64,000 nt of DNA from IMG/VR virus record IMGVR_UViG_3300017963_000217, positions 35,387 through 99,386 of that record. The stretch is one strand, 5' to 3'. The position numbers and the translations under genes were made by a program. Each line of letters starts with the position of its first letter. The first letter of the stretch is position 1. The stretch comes from a virus. This document shows, one piece after another, positions 50,301 through 55,237 of this stretch. Under the pieces are notes generated by a model. That model was given only the letters and a program-made list of their open reading frames with translations, made no database searches and had not been told where the DNA came from.

Positions 50301-50404
50301 CTGAAATAGGAAGAATTAATATTGCTATATCTCAGTTGAACAACGATCTTAATGATCAGGGAACTATTATGTATAGTAATATTAATAGGTTGGGGATAGC
50401 TTAA
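29384..50404 (+). CDS. Giant tape measure protein (7006 aa) fused to DEDDh exonuclease, two-barrel RNA polymerase and PD-(D/E)XK nuclease domains
   Basis: TTG start with SD GGAGG 29371-29375; canonical tape-measure locus; domain motifs listed in the sub-features. Confidence 0.88.
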   Translation: MPAPTETFRIEILEDIKKSATDQETKQLAANMVKLTRAVERLEKSLVRTAPTHRAGDPSFEQIRRDIKKIELREDAVKKLEIAVKQLERRMGELPNTIRTVVGGSRGVLRREEERRVAGRPVGGLPENRELVRQLKSLADALNRVEKSATFAGGREQTRKDIEAIAKSLTARDKSASELSKAIDNLSKKIEVVAPTKNVPAPTLRELSDVKLLGRDLKEIGADFKNIKNQLKDKIVVSFDIETSEIKKDPQGKKIVDAITQIAYQKGTLEQILKGQAEVKQILIKPPKGTRTEESFKKLIGKAAEVNKAELKTLLAEGKEADEALKEFANALKGASAVVGQNIGDFDIGILEDHFKKTGTKLDAVDSELEGFVDTLRLARKAFPQRAILGPQAQIKKPFGLEQFAKDFELAGSSAEDLGEEMHDARGDVKKVRLLLRALDGSTEEMKAAEEFFSARLDRISKRLEILTKDYERLSQKTQQAISDLDKFRSQSSDASDELKKVKKAAERTVLELADPAKIRSSIQAATFRPQVIHPRAGGGPTPIIGGEGVPGLETMAAKVGDLATSLDKLQSNIISSLEKGMSRGMEIIRNEAGEAFRLAPGGREFEIKIANVRDLTRSLTQEYGEFVRPGTSASQLVEQFIRAFTRSSLSTARSPESMAEEIIKELAPMTEESVSIMGREIQELFGRIRREEIGVAEVAGRADLGEIFKNIVVENRAQRKLNEDFIKRIAIPAVRIGAGGLGLETKLGAEKAISNFATITTGLEKFVNELKSLGAPAIEIEKFAARVGELPLAFKRAGSLARPGGPEESKAQKVAQDLINRMIELGGRQLVGRGYQRAIALRTFERRAPVIGKERATEEASAIVQKSGESVETLSQQAKDLGITALDVAKALDTIEFENIFDIIDRLFQAGKVPFLQRKAGGLGRFDDQTLRDISSIVNSVTGLLPLIEPGRPRRRAQQESVVRVLTKPTTRARPQEQERRILEVNLLWRDLADQAARLGENLIEGRKDLEGVIGETLNLSDSAGAAFKELSGHLGELNKSLISVSTGAIRGLAPFEQFTPLERQVSQSQAGIAGGIGRAGLRTPSLLSAREEALIRSGAAGSRGTGLDVLTEIRDTAETFEDQIVISGRLAKSFNKIVERLIAPAKRIAEGGEITEIQPGIKQITGRGKGFLKATEDFESALEDVTSEFQKIFGVPKTIESRADVAKIGDEIIRVLREHRGKEVEVQTAKLSEIFLNTFGRKIATRFGTKGVAITPGVVPTATKEVQKALEEVRKTIVGGAKAKVVPGAGLGYAKVPRTAGELLADIIGEEAPKLSKAGESIFSDKVLEFLQESLVKSGNKFVQELFTDASKGLVTKEEAKKQKAIFDAATKFIEEAFRVKLPTGAAGIKEIQDIFTGLFPKESLFEFQPIEARISARGVARRGLQSEVLEGIINNLIGTTTDITTLIDQVGKNALTETEEGRKRINETLQALGFEAYENIDEVLKKLKLESPDFDPSKILELANVYTTVIDEFGNKLQSFVSPKFLQTVEIPAKALGDPIKDLKLDFQSFAAFAGIFGENSELLKELAKSSTFASKEAFELIKAFQLLDPTVANLKDAVLAGLPKFSLEEIRKFSGATGTLEDFKDTIFDIAKFPTAFKLQIPSMKPGKLGFEEFFVPGPAARGTFEEPLIGERSPTALSRALSNVISAAKDVEELAAAAAREGVGLSEEFQNKFASTIRGELTKELTDTIKKFQQYETALTPENIKIMERTLDRYIKALSETEPVAPVFARPGGETQRGAVEVFRQELVGDPRQFSRVLSRISDILVGVNPASIKRESEELRAALKSFEESGGVIPAEFRTPGRLGILERGFQGNFPAMIESFLDRLKQEAEAKPLFDIQLEAGNLEEFADSVGISLQRSVEEALELRRQSLTRARASYEKALGEEVIGRKKGIEQAFLRREVPAINLKAINAAADKTEDLNKLIDTLSGKDTNIQIDIPNANSIISKLKEIRDEHEKFVKKAKEIGLPVLKEGEIAIPEAAAAKIKVRTGEAGEIKTTLKDLIEQQKRVFVESARFPFTGTLSVQPHVARLMGEAFGKEVGRLGTNVAAVPGAPRLDIESLTGILDELSQFVGIKPGFGVDESGEKRAYSLLEQREMAWSEGTAAGAERAMELTKTIESLISVINSATPKFTNLEQKLDFDGDALVIHTGQVEKSRQDIKKHFESFGKDVTSVRNLFRTIFTAIDERDINTLVEMGQAFSEKFPKEKGFEFLTQPQIRENIENLNLNEVAEALFSGTKGFESLEKGTDEYIKALNDFTKSLLEKEILPEVFTKLGVVETERAGVAERIGGTVTGLSGLGATELDRSISKLTQEILRQQLFEKRYTDAITGQLFKLQTGPIVEGISRLARISELETGFGRGMAGTGGGGLLPPSAAFLKRFPKESIALGAIPEKGEFADTAAAFGTRINEILRFVIQQGFDVKHPGVQSAANKIIENIGKKGGIESIIEVLNAEEGPLKKLQKFNEQIENEVRLRLGKHPTEALREELKRFEPELTEAVVGNLSREEIIKRVIKHVDLAATFEELGRQIQRQAVKALTIKLTEEVEALPPGAKKARKLADIRAAGGVEKFAAEQVAREAASETGISLFSTITSTLQPIYRLRTSMENIETAARRSRLPFQAQEVSVPTGEAGEKIKRDLQTAQKAANVLNRSLIQAAQEPTGGVQKLLVVSALKERFKELEELEKLGREAKASVGSFESTFGDVVKTNEIAVKVWQDALRQVGAGRLGPIGPKEIEESFNQISMAIEIAKDKMKEISQIAGLPQISPEERALTGLEIRESKSKEIFEQSRQLVEALSAQGEPLPVPGDLEASAQLLHDRRLELLEFIATMSEQFRRVSEVIKTIPAQKESLKLVFPEFGDIERKIADTGDVDKAQSEFVEEQKSNMQVIQEWFNMQTQKASDLKDAVKTTQIPEESVTTRQLEQTTSEISDAIDNHINQAILNRKRAALKQLEKLAAGPEATITAPLHEIFRASAIKAGGKYGGGTQEESILSSMLGLEDPNAILEVTGLRGTSIHRQIQKELLQQFPKAEIEKPIEDLENRLVGHLDVLYEKAGKKVVADIKTIYSPKQFDFLKQISDEIQHRGITIQEKLDELKSKEITSYVEQNVIRRLEDYLSQVNVYLKNVENSVGEIIVVSTHDPFDRFTLPIGEFDPERFDKDLEAIESARLKVLKILTSVELGVGLPKETLSEFPKIYQELADRLAKTGPKGFLETLPTVPLGEVQRSSEEILNSLDETQEKLFDQLSKEYLELFEALGGPGRAEKTFGKLFSAGGAAFGAAGGAGGATPPPPPPGGFGGGFDDDEEFKKRIEAILAKMREGVEPDVPEIVDLIKALEDEIPIRILAAQNRRDAAMAKALEELSKAILQAIEESGSTVKSFKKIVRLFDQIDQVKKQQPSPQDINRLRTPEIVRQRPDDPQNLFTNLKALFETAIRVNKLADPSEIEKFGPEIAELIGQAAERGPVKEITDQIADAVNKKKGGMAIIWQYYKKAVGDYFVNRLNALSEEINAESGTPRGRAAFAEFEQVLEKYLANIRGTLGRASDIYTQRGPTGRKDIFVEPELARLTGIYKTPAQLREQARTQYGLQPQFAPAFDVLTSDLADLENIRTPLEKIQSVFDMLTKLDPAMKEILEDADLFRRIGDQAVEAWDFETLQRGVTQLREALQSYERLQIGGFGGMGEDFTATAKANVSETIKLLKRMERMLVTGGAQSSPLGLVGVPTELDPQTQALLHRRNIAQLQKYFETPEAEGGPEKGAAFTYKQRIIDPASKQVLSNMTEEFKKIGEASNRAGEQVSLFTQRTEDLIASFQERKGLGQAFGRVLRWGIASRSVYGLVRALQSMVDTIVDVESGIAVLRQVMNPLTTDFQQITASAVSFAKEFGLPIRQVIDSMRVFAQQGLAQAEVVDRARTSALAANVTTLSAVDATEAITAATKVYRQEGESTVRFLDSWTEVEARHAITSNELANALKKAAAAAKTSGVEFDELNAIVTAIGETTRQSGKEIGTSLRFIFRRIQAEKGPKELASIGIPVVGAGGELRSTFDILGDLSDKWKDLTNAQRLNIATAIGGRRHYNSLIVLMQNWDRALSALNSSLNSKGAAERRNYIVMQTYAKQLQQVRGALVDLQIQFGKFALPVAKGLLQSIKFLLETLANIPPGIKIAALAFSGLFVAIAKGKTLIDDIINRVMSFGSVLSDFGSQFSKEFKIGIFEAFGKIPKGLGEIDTRGLSTITEAGKSIQDFESVIGKAAYVVAQFGRSWNSVMSEIAFTGTATSETLSKAFGKLGGVLGKTGLVVGTKIPVLGQIIQAAATGAQAGEGAFLELGKLFGIPAEALAKWSKENTSFVKSIAPLAGSILALIPISGKASDSIKKLAFSATQYEKSLSPIRRQLSGQLSEINQLANSYDNLQKAIDKANMASQPEAVAESIRREEFVSPLLEIAKASKGAKEFGNNLSKVNLSMVDSFDQFGNAIIKPTANLKEYFRVLKAAKIQEIAETEISALEKFSEELTNAGTVSAKFRSELKKFVKEIPAIGPILSKQIQISPAQELREAVDAVNKILERGAEFPMTTAFDELFQRYNKDLEEARERYREFFADFKRILSEISTGDLSVAQVRGLLDRETLQPAFELMTEFEERLKTFADAGKLDWEDILGIEILKKLKPEVTFDYAAPLTKDLFRQAGIIQRSQKAFAGDIVLFSDEIEKQFDIAGDQGILKYREGLGFFVEGIDKELRTVREIPFDTVSQFVDSIFPAQKISEGVQENVDILRESLVGAAAGMIGIADKEFRREFGLGPRFFEQIPTETLIQTPGGFDLGGRAFGPQPFKAEFAGIEGGFQTIVRDFFVKPLEQLEQLVEEPKRRLDAGVGFIQGLENEIQRFGTTIKNNQVVVQYIAAFVDLNKSLAESTRLLNENIAVERARNEYLKETAGLLAGLPESFSDINLGIRNFFDLTSQQRLLLEEQALPPRERTFTRLRGRVAEEDIRRQSLAGELERINRTIVQIGTIREQARAAGAVIPRDQLMSITESIAAGGTAQQGLQLDLQKDIKSNTSDTVTRLDDILAALKDPKAEARGVQLAKQIGESIASDIELLRNPRTIDRVNKALGLPVLERGIESQFNDLVRFRNLAEKRGNTQIIKAIDETLAEQSRNLISAAGLGRARGIIDPRATIGGGIVEITRNLENLAAGRPLGRSIARQRIPELAFMGGQFTGQDLISRALGGEGLVEFIQRIQGAAKIPTEEELGEAQLIRTLGRSIGPSIGVALTPFLGPAGILAAPRAAEAAAGRIEGGRLSVLAASPEFKELNQLMNDQNKTSVTNSKTLQKLFAAYGGFNEIARQAAKRQERAYDVQLRQLNEQRKGLEVKFEAGDLGTEEFRKQMQQVASEITEVEKKRDEAAKTARKRATREAVGVIASATTGFARAAGISEDALTALGTTAAGSIVAWNAWTALTGEEMPEAVKKATDSLKEMTKDMEDVDFNIFEKGLFALGKYTGLGLGAAGRAGAAARGVEKMAENQEDILTAEEKDKIRKAKDLQATSEQIKKADELLKTIKKGDTEKLKGDEKVIDVNRDQLTTLIAIEENTRKSAADTAEQATEAKKEAPVTSITKELRNKLDEIKQERLIGGGDTAAKIRDFLAAATLVTAAGYAGTKTQLSAELGEAEDRAEKIGEAFNKLVSRFPKEVEGAIADLQKRREETAESLRRAKSPTQIKSLLLDSEKAYNEFITQLESMASGIGMQLKESGEVIAKSKDQLYLLELAKDIQSDFRNVGKTIRDSITSLKVDLEFGTDLIGATKGVPKFEEIPIGKLETELTPTERLAKEGGKAFQDMIATFQILNRVRAELLDAIKKNAVNISDANVTFSNSINAHIKTIEREKSNIDKVKGEIDSLDKTAKEQVRQLKDIGPPKKMETGFFINISKFYKDLYKNVSNFFKSKPDIDTDQLGRDLIGSSLSNINKKTIELRSKVAEFNKTLDIGKLLDKKNIDEEIAKLKKSLAQTQTIGKSALARYREVAPIKPLFGVSEAVNIPEATREYESVSAIIVKASRKMRRLRIAIDDLEKFKTTPLGRAIIGLSEKSRLAAAQLNLQTNAQEKYVNALKFVNTELARLNQILAVGVNLKKLAGDFKSLKEGLEIENKLAAFTNAFKEAMDKTLGGAHPEAPVIPSFDLLQAGVPMERIFNLTREEAERAAIVGRTGRAPTLAEEQEIEFNRRLRERAYKQAKEDEKLNRQQSVATNLYRSVVEAQQRIAQVEDPRLRKSMLDELEVVRQELLRQAGEAPARGEEIAPGVFERIGYHLGTVGEQIKEVFEKYGGEAAVSSLQTTFEQSMEALRSGLPEAFKLDPVHEQLVNANITLEQIAKNTAEQPGLIASVLGKVFGSKEEVIRKAGRGTTAGGGTTGTFQMGGFTGMVDGAGGPRQDNHPVLVSSGEYVVQQPAVKNIEKMYGSGAMEVINQGQLPIAGYGGLMRRRYPMGGKIPYRFAGGGSPEQAFIQQQLAMGVSPEEIRAELGGIKTPLFDPGALVAGSIGAGATTLTGPTKVLADIIATKASRIGTKSEDIFDVAGSFLKQHVLRPELPPVNMPRVTGIDVNSVQRKVEEIERQLGYEPTKKQRRLRGIMAMQELYGRGVSGVSMSGVPSLFGVSSKVAESEMEVGGRKPTESEQLSRDIMALEALFGSSSGEFFGGGMIKRYQDGGKMTINDYVKWQEESSKSVRTEPKSSSIMDFFRSLFKRRSMQYMGGYLPESAKKAYGDKIPSFQFGGVMPEDGLAFLHKNETVFPDNENIGEKIADAIVRKLEEVKIDFNIPTTADLPELTIGNLNDLQNILNEGLNNAGTVGAARGNSAIDRFVEAAEERFTVLEQQTLSNSDNIKVLDRKSNELDDIKTDIETLEFRLESVYSRTDRMVDVAADRSYVDTAINEALGRFDTDKLAPMRAEIGRINIAISQLNNDLNDQGTIMYSNINRLGIA
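30080..30700 (+). other. DEDDh (DnaQ-like) 3'-5' exonuclease domain of the giant protein
   Basis: ExoI SFDIETS (D240, E242), ExoII VGQNIGDFD (D347), DTLRLAR, ExoIII HDARGDV (H423, D428). Confidence 0.85.
32520..36800 (+). other. Single-chain two-barrel RNA polymerase domain (beta-like then beta'-like) of the giant protein
   Basis: TFEDQIVIS, GRKIATRFGTKGV, PIEARISARGVARR, FVPGPAARG, IGRKKGIEQAFLRREV, ARFP and LDFDGDALVIH, collinear with RpoB/RpoC conserved motifs. Confidence 0.85.
38420..39020 (+). other. PD-(D/E)XK (RecB/Cas4-like) nuclease domain of the giant protein
   Basis: RASAI..GTSIH..EIEK..GHLDVL..VADIKT..QVNVY. Confidence 0.8.
40960..42000 (+). other. Tape-measure core domain (TP901/PhageMin_Tail-like)
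   Basis: VESGIAVLRQV..FAKEFG..FAQQG..ELANAL..TRQSGKEIGTSLRFIF..ILGDLSDKW..IGGRRHYN pattern. Confidence 0.85.
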
Positions 50405-50405
50405 T

Positions 50406-52547
50406 ATGCCATTAGACACATATACGACATTTAGAGATTGGCTAGATGATTTCATAGTTAATTATGATCAGGATGATTATTTTATTCAGGCTCCTGAAGA
50501 ACAGGATAGGAAGCCGGTTGCAGCATGGATAATAGAAGATGTATTTGAGCTAGCATTCAATTTAGATAATGATACAGGACTAGGTAGTTATTTACCAGGA
50601 TATGATATAAAATACAGAGACGCTTATCAGATGATACAACTATCATTAGCCACTGAATTGCGGTACGGTAATTTATATGAATGTTATGCGGATGAAAATG
50701 GTCTAATAAAATATTATTTGGTTGGTGATGAACCATCGGATGCTGACGAACTATATTCTATAGAAACAAGTGAATTAAAAAAACCAGTGGAAAGAGTTAT
50801 TGTTATAGGTTATGATCCTCCACCAAGGACATATATAAATACCGAAGATTCATACTATGTTGATGGTGGGTTTAATTTATTTACTTTCGCTGGAGAATAT
50901 AAAGGACAAGATCCTAATATACCAATTGATACTGTGGGACCTTTATATGATAAAAGAATCCACTCATGGGGAGAAACTTTAGGCCCTGAACTATGTGCTT
51001 ACTATAGAGAAGGTTATATAGAATATGAAGATCCACAATTTGATCATCAGATTGTATTAGACAAAGCATATGGCGATGGAACTGGTATATATAATAGTAA
51101 AAATTGGGAATCCGTATCTACTTATCTGTATAAGATAACGGTACCAGATAATTTTTCTCAGGCTGGTAGTAGGATAGAATTTCATGATAAAACTCCTAGA
51201 TTTGTAGAATTGGCAAGTATGGGAGAATTGCAACCTAGACAATGGAAAGAGCAAACTGAATATATACCAGACTTGTGTCAAGATCCTGGTGAAGCGGTGG
51301 ACGATTCATTAGGTGTAGATTTACCAGAAAGTACTAGTAGAAAGTTTTTAGGTGTTAGAGATGTATATATTTATGGATATAAATTAAAATCTATAAAATT
51401 AGATTATTACAGAGATGGTAATGATAAAGTAGAGAATAGTTTTGATGGTCAAATAGTTTTAAAAGTGGACGTGGATACCACTACTTCAGAAGCATTTAAG
51501 CTTAGTAAGGGTGAAGATTATCAGATAGTACCAAAAAGTAAAGACGATATTTCCCAAGGGTATAAAATAGTATTTGTATCAAATGTACATCCTGATTACT
51601 CAGGAAATTTTGGTAATGTAGAAGTTGATTCCAAAGCTAATTTAAGAATAAGTGCGACTAGTATTTATGGTAGAAGAGAATCTGGTAATTTGTTTCATAA
51701 AAGTTTTGAGGACCATCCTTTAGAGTCTACCACTGGTTTGTTGAAGGATGGGGTTACAGAAGTGGATAGTAACGAAATATTTCAGGAAACTATATTTCCT
51801 GTTGGAGAAGGTAACGCCGGATATGTAGTTAAGAAGGTAGTCGCAGTATACGATTGGGATAATCCATGTGTTGCTTTATATGATGAGGATAATAAAGTAA
51901 CTAGTGACTGGTTGAATGATGTAAGCGTTACTTTTTATCCAATTTTGAGTTATGATCCTCCAGCTCCGACAGCTATGAATGGAGAACTTTTAGATCAAAC
52001 AGTTCTTATAGTGGACAGAGATTTTACTACTGTACAGGATATTGAAAATAGCGCTTATATGCTAGCTATGAACGGTCTTGAAAAAGGAGATATAAAGTTG
52101 ACTCTACCATTTTTAGACGAGGATGGTGTTATAGCTGTATCAGAGGGGTTGTTTAACGTTGTGACAGAAGATCTAGAAGTTAAACAGACAACACATATAT
52201 TATCGCCTAGATCTGAACCTCCTATACTAGGATCAAAGTATGGCGAGACTGGTGGGGTTATAAATTCAATAGATTATTCATATCAAGATGGTAGTCAATA
52301 TCTTATAACAGTGAATACTGGTCCAAGATGGTTGGGATCATCTGGATGGGATACATCTTTATATCAAAGTAAAACCGAAAGAGTGCAGATGGAGGGCATT
52401 GTTTTAGCTGTAGCTGCAAATAATTTTACATGTACAGTAAAATTAGAACAATTAGGTGTTATTGAATGTATAAATGGTAGTAGAGATATATTAGAAGCAG
52501 GAGATAGGGTTAGACTTACAATACACAATAACCCGGTTACAACATAA
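50406..52547 (+). CDS. Putative tail tip / baseplate hub protein
   Basis: First gene after tape measure; acidic, beta-rich; INSIDYSY hub-like segment and OB-fold-like C-terminus. Confidence 0.5.
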   Translation: MPLDTYTTFRDWLDDFIVNYDQDDYFIQAPEEQDRKPVAAWIIEDVFELAFNLDNDTGLGSYLPGYDIKYRDAYQMIQLSLATELRYGNLYECYADENGLIKYYLVGDEPSDADELYSIETSELKKPVERVIVIGYDPPPRTYINTEDSYYVDGGFNLFTFAGEYKGQDPNIPIDTVGPLYDKRIHSWGETLGPELCAYYREGYIEYEDPQFDHQIVLDKAYGDGTGIYNSKNWESVSTYLYKITVPDNFSQAGSRIEFHDKTPRFVELASMGELQPRQWKEQTEYIPDLCQDPGEAVDDSLGVDLPESTSRKFLGVRDVYIYGYKLKSIKLDYYRDGNDKVENSFDGQIVLKVDVDTTTSEAFKLSKGEDYQIVPKSKDDISQGYKIVFVSNVHPDYSGNFGNVEVDSKANLRISATSIYGRRESGNLFHKSFEDHPLESTTGLLKDGVTEVDSNEIFQETIFPVGEGNAGYVVKKVVAVYDWDNPCVALYDEDNKVTSDWLNDVSVTFYPILSYDPPAPTAMNGELLDQTVLIVDRDFTTVQDIENSAYMLAMNGLEKGDIKLTLPFLDEDGVIAVSEGLFNVVTEDLEVKQTTHILSPRSEPPILGSKYGETGGVINSIDYSYQDGSQYLITVNTGPRWLGSSGWDTSLYQSKTERVQMEGIVLAVAANNFTCTVKLEQLGVIECINGSRDILEAGDRVRLTIHNNPVTT

Positions 52548-53158
52548 TGGCAACTATATCAGATAGACAAAAAATTAGAGCTAGAGTTATTTTAGGTACG
52601 GAAACTTTTGATGGGTTGATGGTACAAACACCGAATGTGGTATCTTTTAATGTTAGAAGAGCTAGAAATCAACCATCAGCTAATTTTTCCGCGAGTTTGC
52701 GAATAAAAAATACTGAACTAGACGCTATTGGTCTTGGTGTTATAATAGAAACCCGTGTGTTACCAGGAACTTGGACTAGGATATTTACAGGTGTTGTAGA
52801 AAAAGCAGTACTTAATCCCATACGAACTGATGCCTCTATGGTAATGTTGAATATCTCCGGTAGAGATGCTATGAGGATACTAGAAACTCAGAAAATTAAT
52901 AGAAGAGTAAAAACATACAGGGAAGCTGGTATTCCTCCACAGAGATATGCTGTGGTTAATAGTGTAATAAAACATAATACATCCAAGATAGAAAGGTTTA
53001 AGATAAAAATAACAGATCATAGACCTAAGGCTGTTCAAGAATTACCACAGACACCTTTGGAGAATGTTCCAGAAGCATTCAGACTTAGGAAAAATATAGA
53101 TAGGTCTATAGATTCTCCCACAGAAGGTGGTATAGAAACAACCAAAATACAGGAGTAA
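52547..53158 (+). CDS. Putative baseplate hub-like protein
   Basis: VVSFNVRR..FSASL..IFTGVV..ISGRD pattern seen in hub proteins. Confidence 0.5.
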   Translation: MATISDRQKIRARVILGTETFDGLMVQTPNVVSFNVRRARNQPSANFSASLRIKNTELDAIGLGVIIETRVLPGTWTRIFTGVVEKAVLNPIRTDASMVMLNISGRDAMRILETQKINRRVKTYREAGIPPQRYAVVNSVIKHNTSKIERFKIKITDHRPKAVQELPQTPLENVPEAFRLRKNIDRSIDSPTEGGIETTKIQE

Positions 53159-53167
53159 TAGAGTGAT

Positions 53168-53578
53168 ATGGTTACATCTATAAGTGAACTTAACTTACAT
53201 AGTGAAAACGTGGTGAGATTTACTGCAAGTGTAGGAGATTTAATTCGTCTTTGTCCTCCAGTAGTTTATCCCCCAGAGGGCAAACCCAGTGATGATTCTC
53301 CAGCAACACAATATTTGGCGGGGTTTACAATATTAAAGCCTGATTTAGGAGAGTTTGAGGGTATGTTCTCGGGAAGTAATATGTGTGTCAAGTACAGGCA
53401 TAAGAAAAGCGGTAAACAGATTATACAGTTTGCTTCCATAGGTCTTGGAGACGTCAAGTTTTATGCCGTTATAGATGGAATAACCATTCATGATCATGCT
53501 AGTATACCACAAGGTGGACCAGCTTTTGCTACATATTATGTTGAGCCGCCGTCAGTTCCTGTAGAGGAGGGTGGATAA
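53168..53578 (+). CDS. Putative tail tip / spike-associated protein
   Basis: C-terminal IHDH (HxH) motif. Confidence 0.4.
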   Translation: MVTSISELNLHSENVVRFTASVGDLIRLCPPVVYPPEGKPSDDSPATQYLAGFTILKPDLGEFEGMFSGSNMCVKYRHKKSGKQIIQFASIGLGDVKFYAVIDGITIHDHASIPQGGPAFATYYVEPPSVPVEEGG

Positions 53579-53579
53579 A

Positions 53580-54218
53580 ATGGCTATACAGATACCAAAT
53601 GATGGCGACTGTAGTTGTTTTATAGTTGGTAATGCGTTTCCCGAGCTAGCTGGTCTTGGTATAATATCTATAAACATAAGGATATCTACAGATATTAATG
53701 TTGTAGATGGAGTGGTTTTAACTGGAGCAACTACGGGAGATTTATCTATAAGTGCTTATGCCCCTCTCGGTACTGGAGAAGATTTGGATTGTCCTGGAAA
53801 AGCCAGTGTTAGCTATAATTGGGAGAGAAGATTAGTTTGTGAAGATCCCGGTATAATAGTGGCTCATTTTATACCTAGGGCAGGTACAAAAGCGTATGAA
53901 GAGGGAGAAACATCTTCACAGATAAGGATGACTAGGTATGCACCAACTACTAATATAGTATTAAACGCATCAGCTAGTAGTGGCCCCACAGCACCAATTA
54001 TATATATGAGGCACTACGACGGATATGATTTTTATTTTGATGGTAGCCCGATAAAGATAAATCCATCTGCTGGTACTAATTATATGACGTTAACTGTATT
54101 TGAAGGTATTATTGAAGGAATACCGTCTGAGTTATATTTGCAAAATTTTACGTGGCAATATGAGCCACCAAATGTACCAACAGTTTCTTATTCTTTTATG
54201 TTTTCAATAGCTCAATAA
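53580..54218 (+). CDS. Hypothetical tail tip protein
   Basis: ATG 53580 follows SD; beta-rich. Confidence 0.55.
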   Translation: MAIQIPNDGDCSCFIVGNAFPELAGLGIISINIRISTDINVVDGVVLTGATTGDLSISAYAPLGTGEDLDCPGKASVSYNWERRLVCEDPGIIVAHFIPRAGTKAYEEGETSSQIRMTRYAPTTNIVLNASASSGPTAPIIYMRHYDGYDFYFDGSPIKINPSAGTNYMTLTVFEGIIEGIPSELYLQNFTWQYEPPNVPTVSYSFMFSIAQ

Positions 54219-54233
54219 GGAGGAAAAAGAAAG

Positions 54234-54569
54234 ATGACTGCTCCTATAGTTGGAGATCATACACAACATTCATATAAACTTAGGTCGCAGGGGTTGCAGG
54301 CAATAGGTCCTGGTATATTTTTTATACAGTCTTTTGGTACTGACCATAGCGTGATACAGATACATACAGCTACTACTACTATATCTGAGTCCAAGGATTT
54401 TGCAGGTGCAGATCCCTTAGGACCGCTTGTATCAGCTAATTTTCAACGATTGCCGTATTTTAAAAATGGGGAAGAGGTATTTAGTGGACAGACTGTTGAA
54501 AAACCTATTCATTCGGATAACGATACTCCGCAGCATGATAAAGAGGATGATTTTCTTAACCAATTTTAA
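54234..54569 (+). CDS. Hypothetical protein
   Basis: SD AAGGAGG; 111 aa. Confidence 0.6.
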   Translation: MTAPIVGDHTQHSYKLRSQGLQAIGPGIFFIQSFGTDHSVIQIHTATTTISESKDFAGADPLGPLVSANFQRLPYFKNGEEVFSGQTVEKPIHSDNDTPQHDKEDDFLNQF

Positions 54570-54590
54570 AAATATTGAAGGAGGGACAAT

Positions 54591-54827
54591 ATGATAGAGT
54601 TCATAGATTGTGGTTCTTTGTCTATTAGTTTTGATGCTACTGGAAAGGCTTCAGTGTCAATGACTGTTTTACGGGATGATAGTGAATCTATTGACTTTGA
54701 CTCATATAACAACGGTACTTGGGGCGGCACACATTTTGATCTGGTAACTTTAGCAGCTTCGCAAAAACCCATTGTAGGCGGAGGTTGGTATGAGTGGAAT
54801 GTTCAATTAGAAGGTGTAGGTAATTAA
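54591..54827 (+). CDS. Hypothetical protein
   Basis: SD AAGGAGG; 78 aa. Confidence 0.6.
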   Translation: MIEFIDCGSLSISFDATGKASVSMTVLRDDSESIDFDSYNNGTWGGTHFDLVTLAASQKPIVGGGWYEWNVQLEGVGN

Positions 54828-54828
54828 T

Positions 54829-55038
54829 ATGGGTTGTAATTGTGGTAAAAGTAAAAAGAAATCCGTAAAAGATCCTATGGATGTAAAAGGTGGGTATAAA
54901 TATCTTAAACCACATCAAATAGTTGCTAGGCTAGAGGTTTTTAAAAGAAGGAATTGCAAAGATTGTGAAAAAAGATACAAATGCGACTATAATATGTATT
55001 TAAGCTGTAAAGGAAATGTGAAGCCAAAGCTTAAATAG
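54829..55038 (+). CDS. Small basic Cys-rich protein, copy 1
   Basis: MGCNCGK; GGYKYL..HQI.ARLEVFK; CxxC-x5-C-x7-C. Confidence 0.7.
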   Translation: MGCNCGKSKKKSVKDPMDVKGGYKYLKPHQIVARLEVFKRRNCKDCEKRYKCDYNMYLSCKGNVKPKLK

Positions 55039-55052
55039 GAGGTATATAATCA

Positions 55053-55220
55053 ATGAAGTCTAGAAAGAGATCGAAAGATGTGATGGGTGGGTATAAGTAT
55101 TTGCATGCCCATCAAATAAAGGCTAGGTTGGAAGTATTTAAGAAGAATAATTGTAAAGCTTGTAAAATTAAAGACAAATGTGACTATGCTATGTATTTGA
55201 CATGCAAAGGTAAGAAATAA
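55053..55220 (+). CDS. Small basic Cys-rich protein, copy 2 (55 aa, missing from ORF track)
   Basis: SD GGAGG; MKSRKRSKDVMGGYKYLHAHQIKARLEVFKKNNCKACKIKDKCDYAMYLTCKGKK, a tandem paralogue of the previous gene. Confidence 0.75.
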   Translation: MKSRKRSKDVMGGYKYLHAHQIKARLEVFKKNNCKACKIKDKCDYAMYLTCKGKK

Positions 55221-55237
55221 ATTAGGGGGGACTAAGA

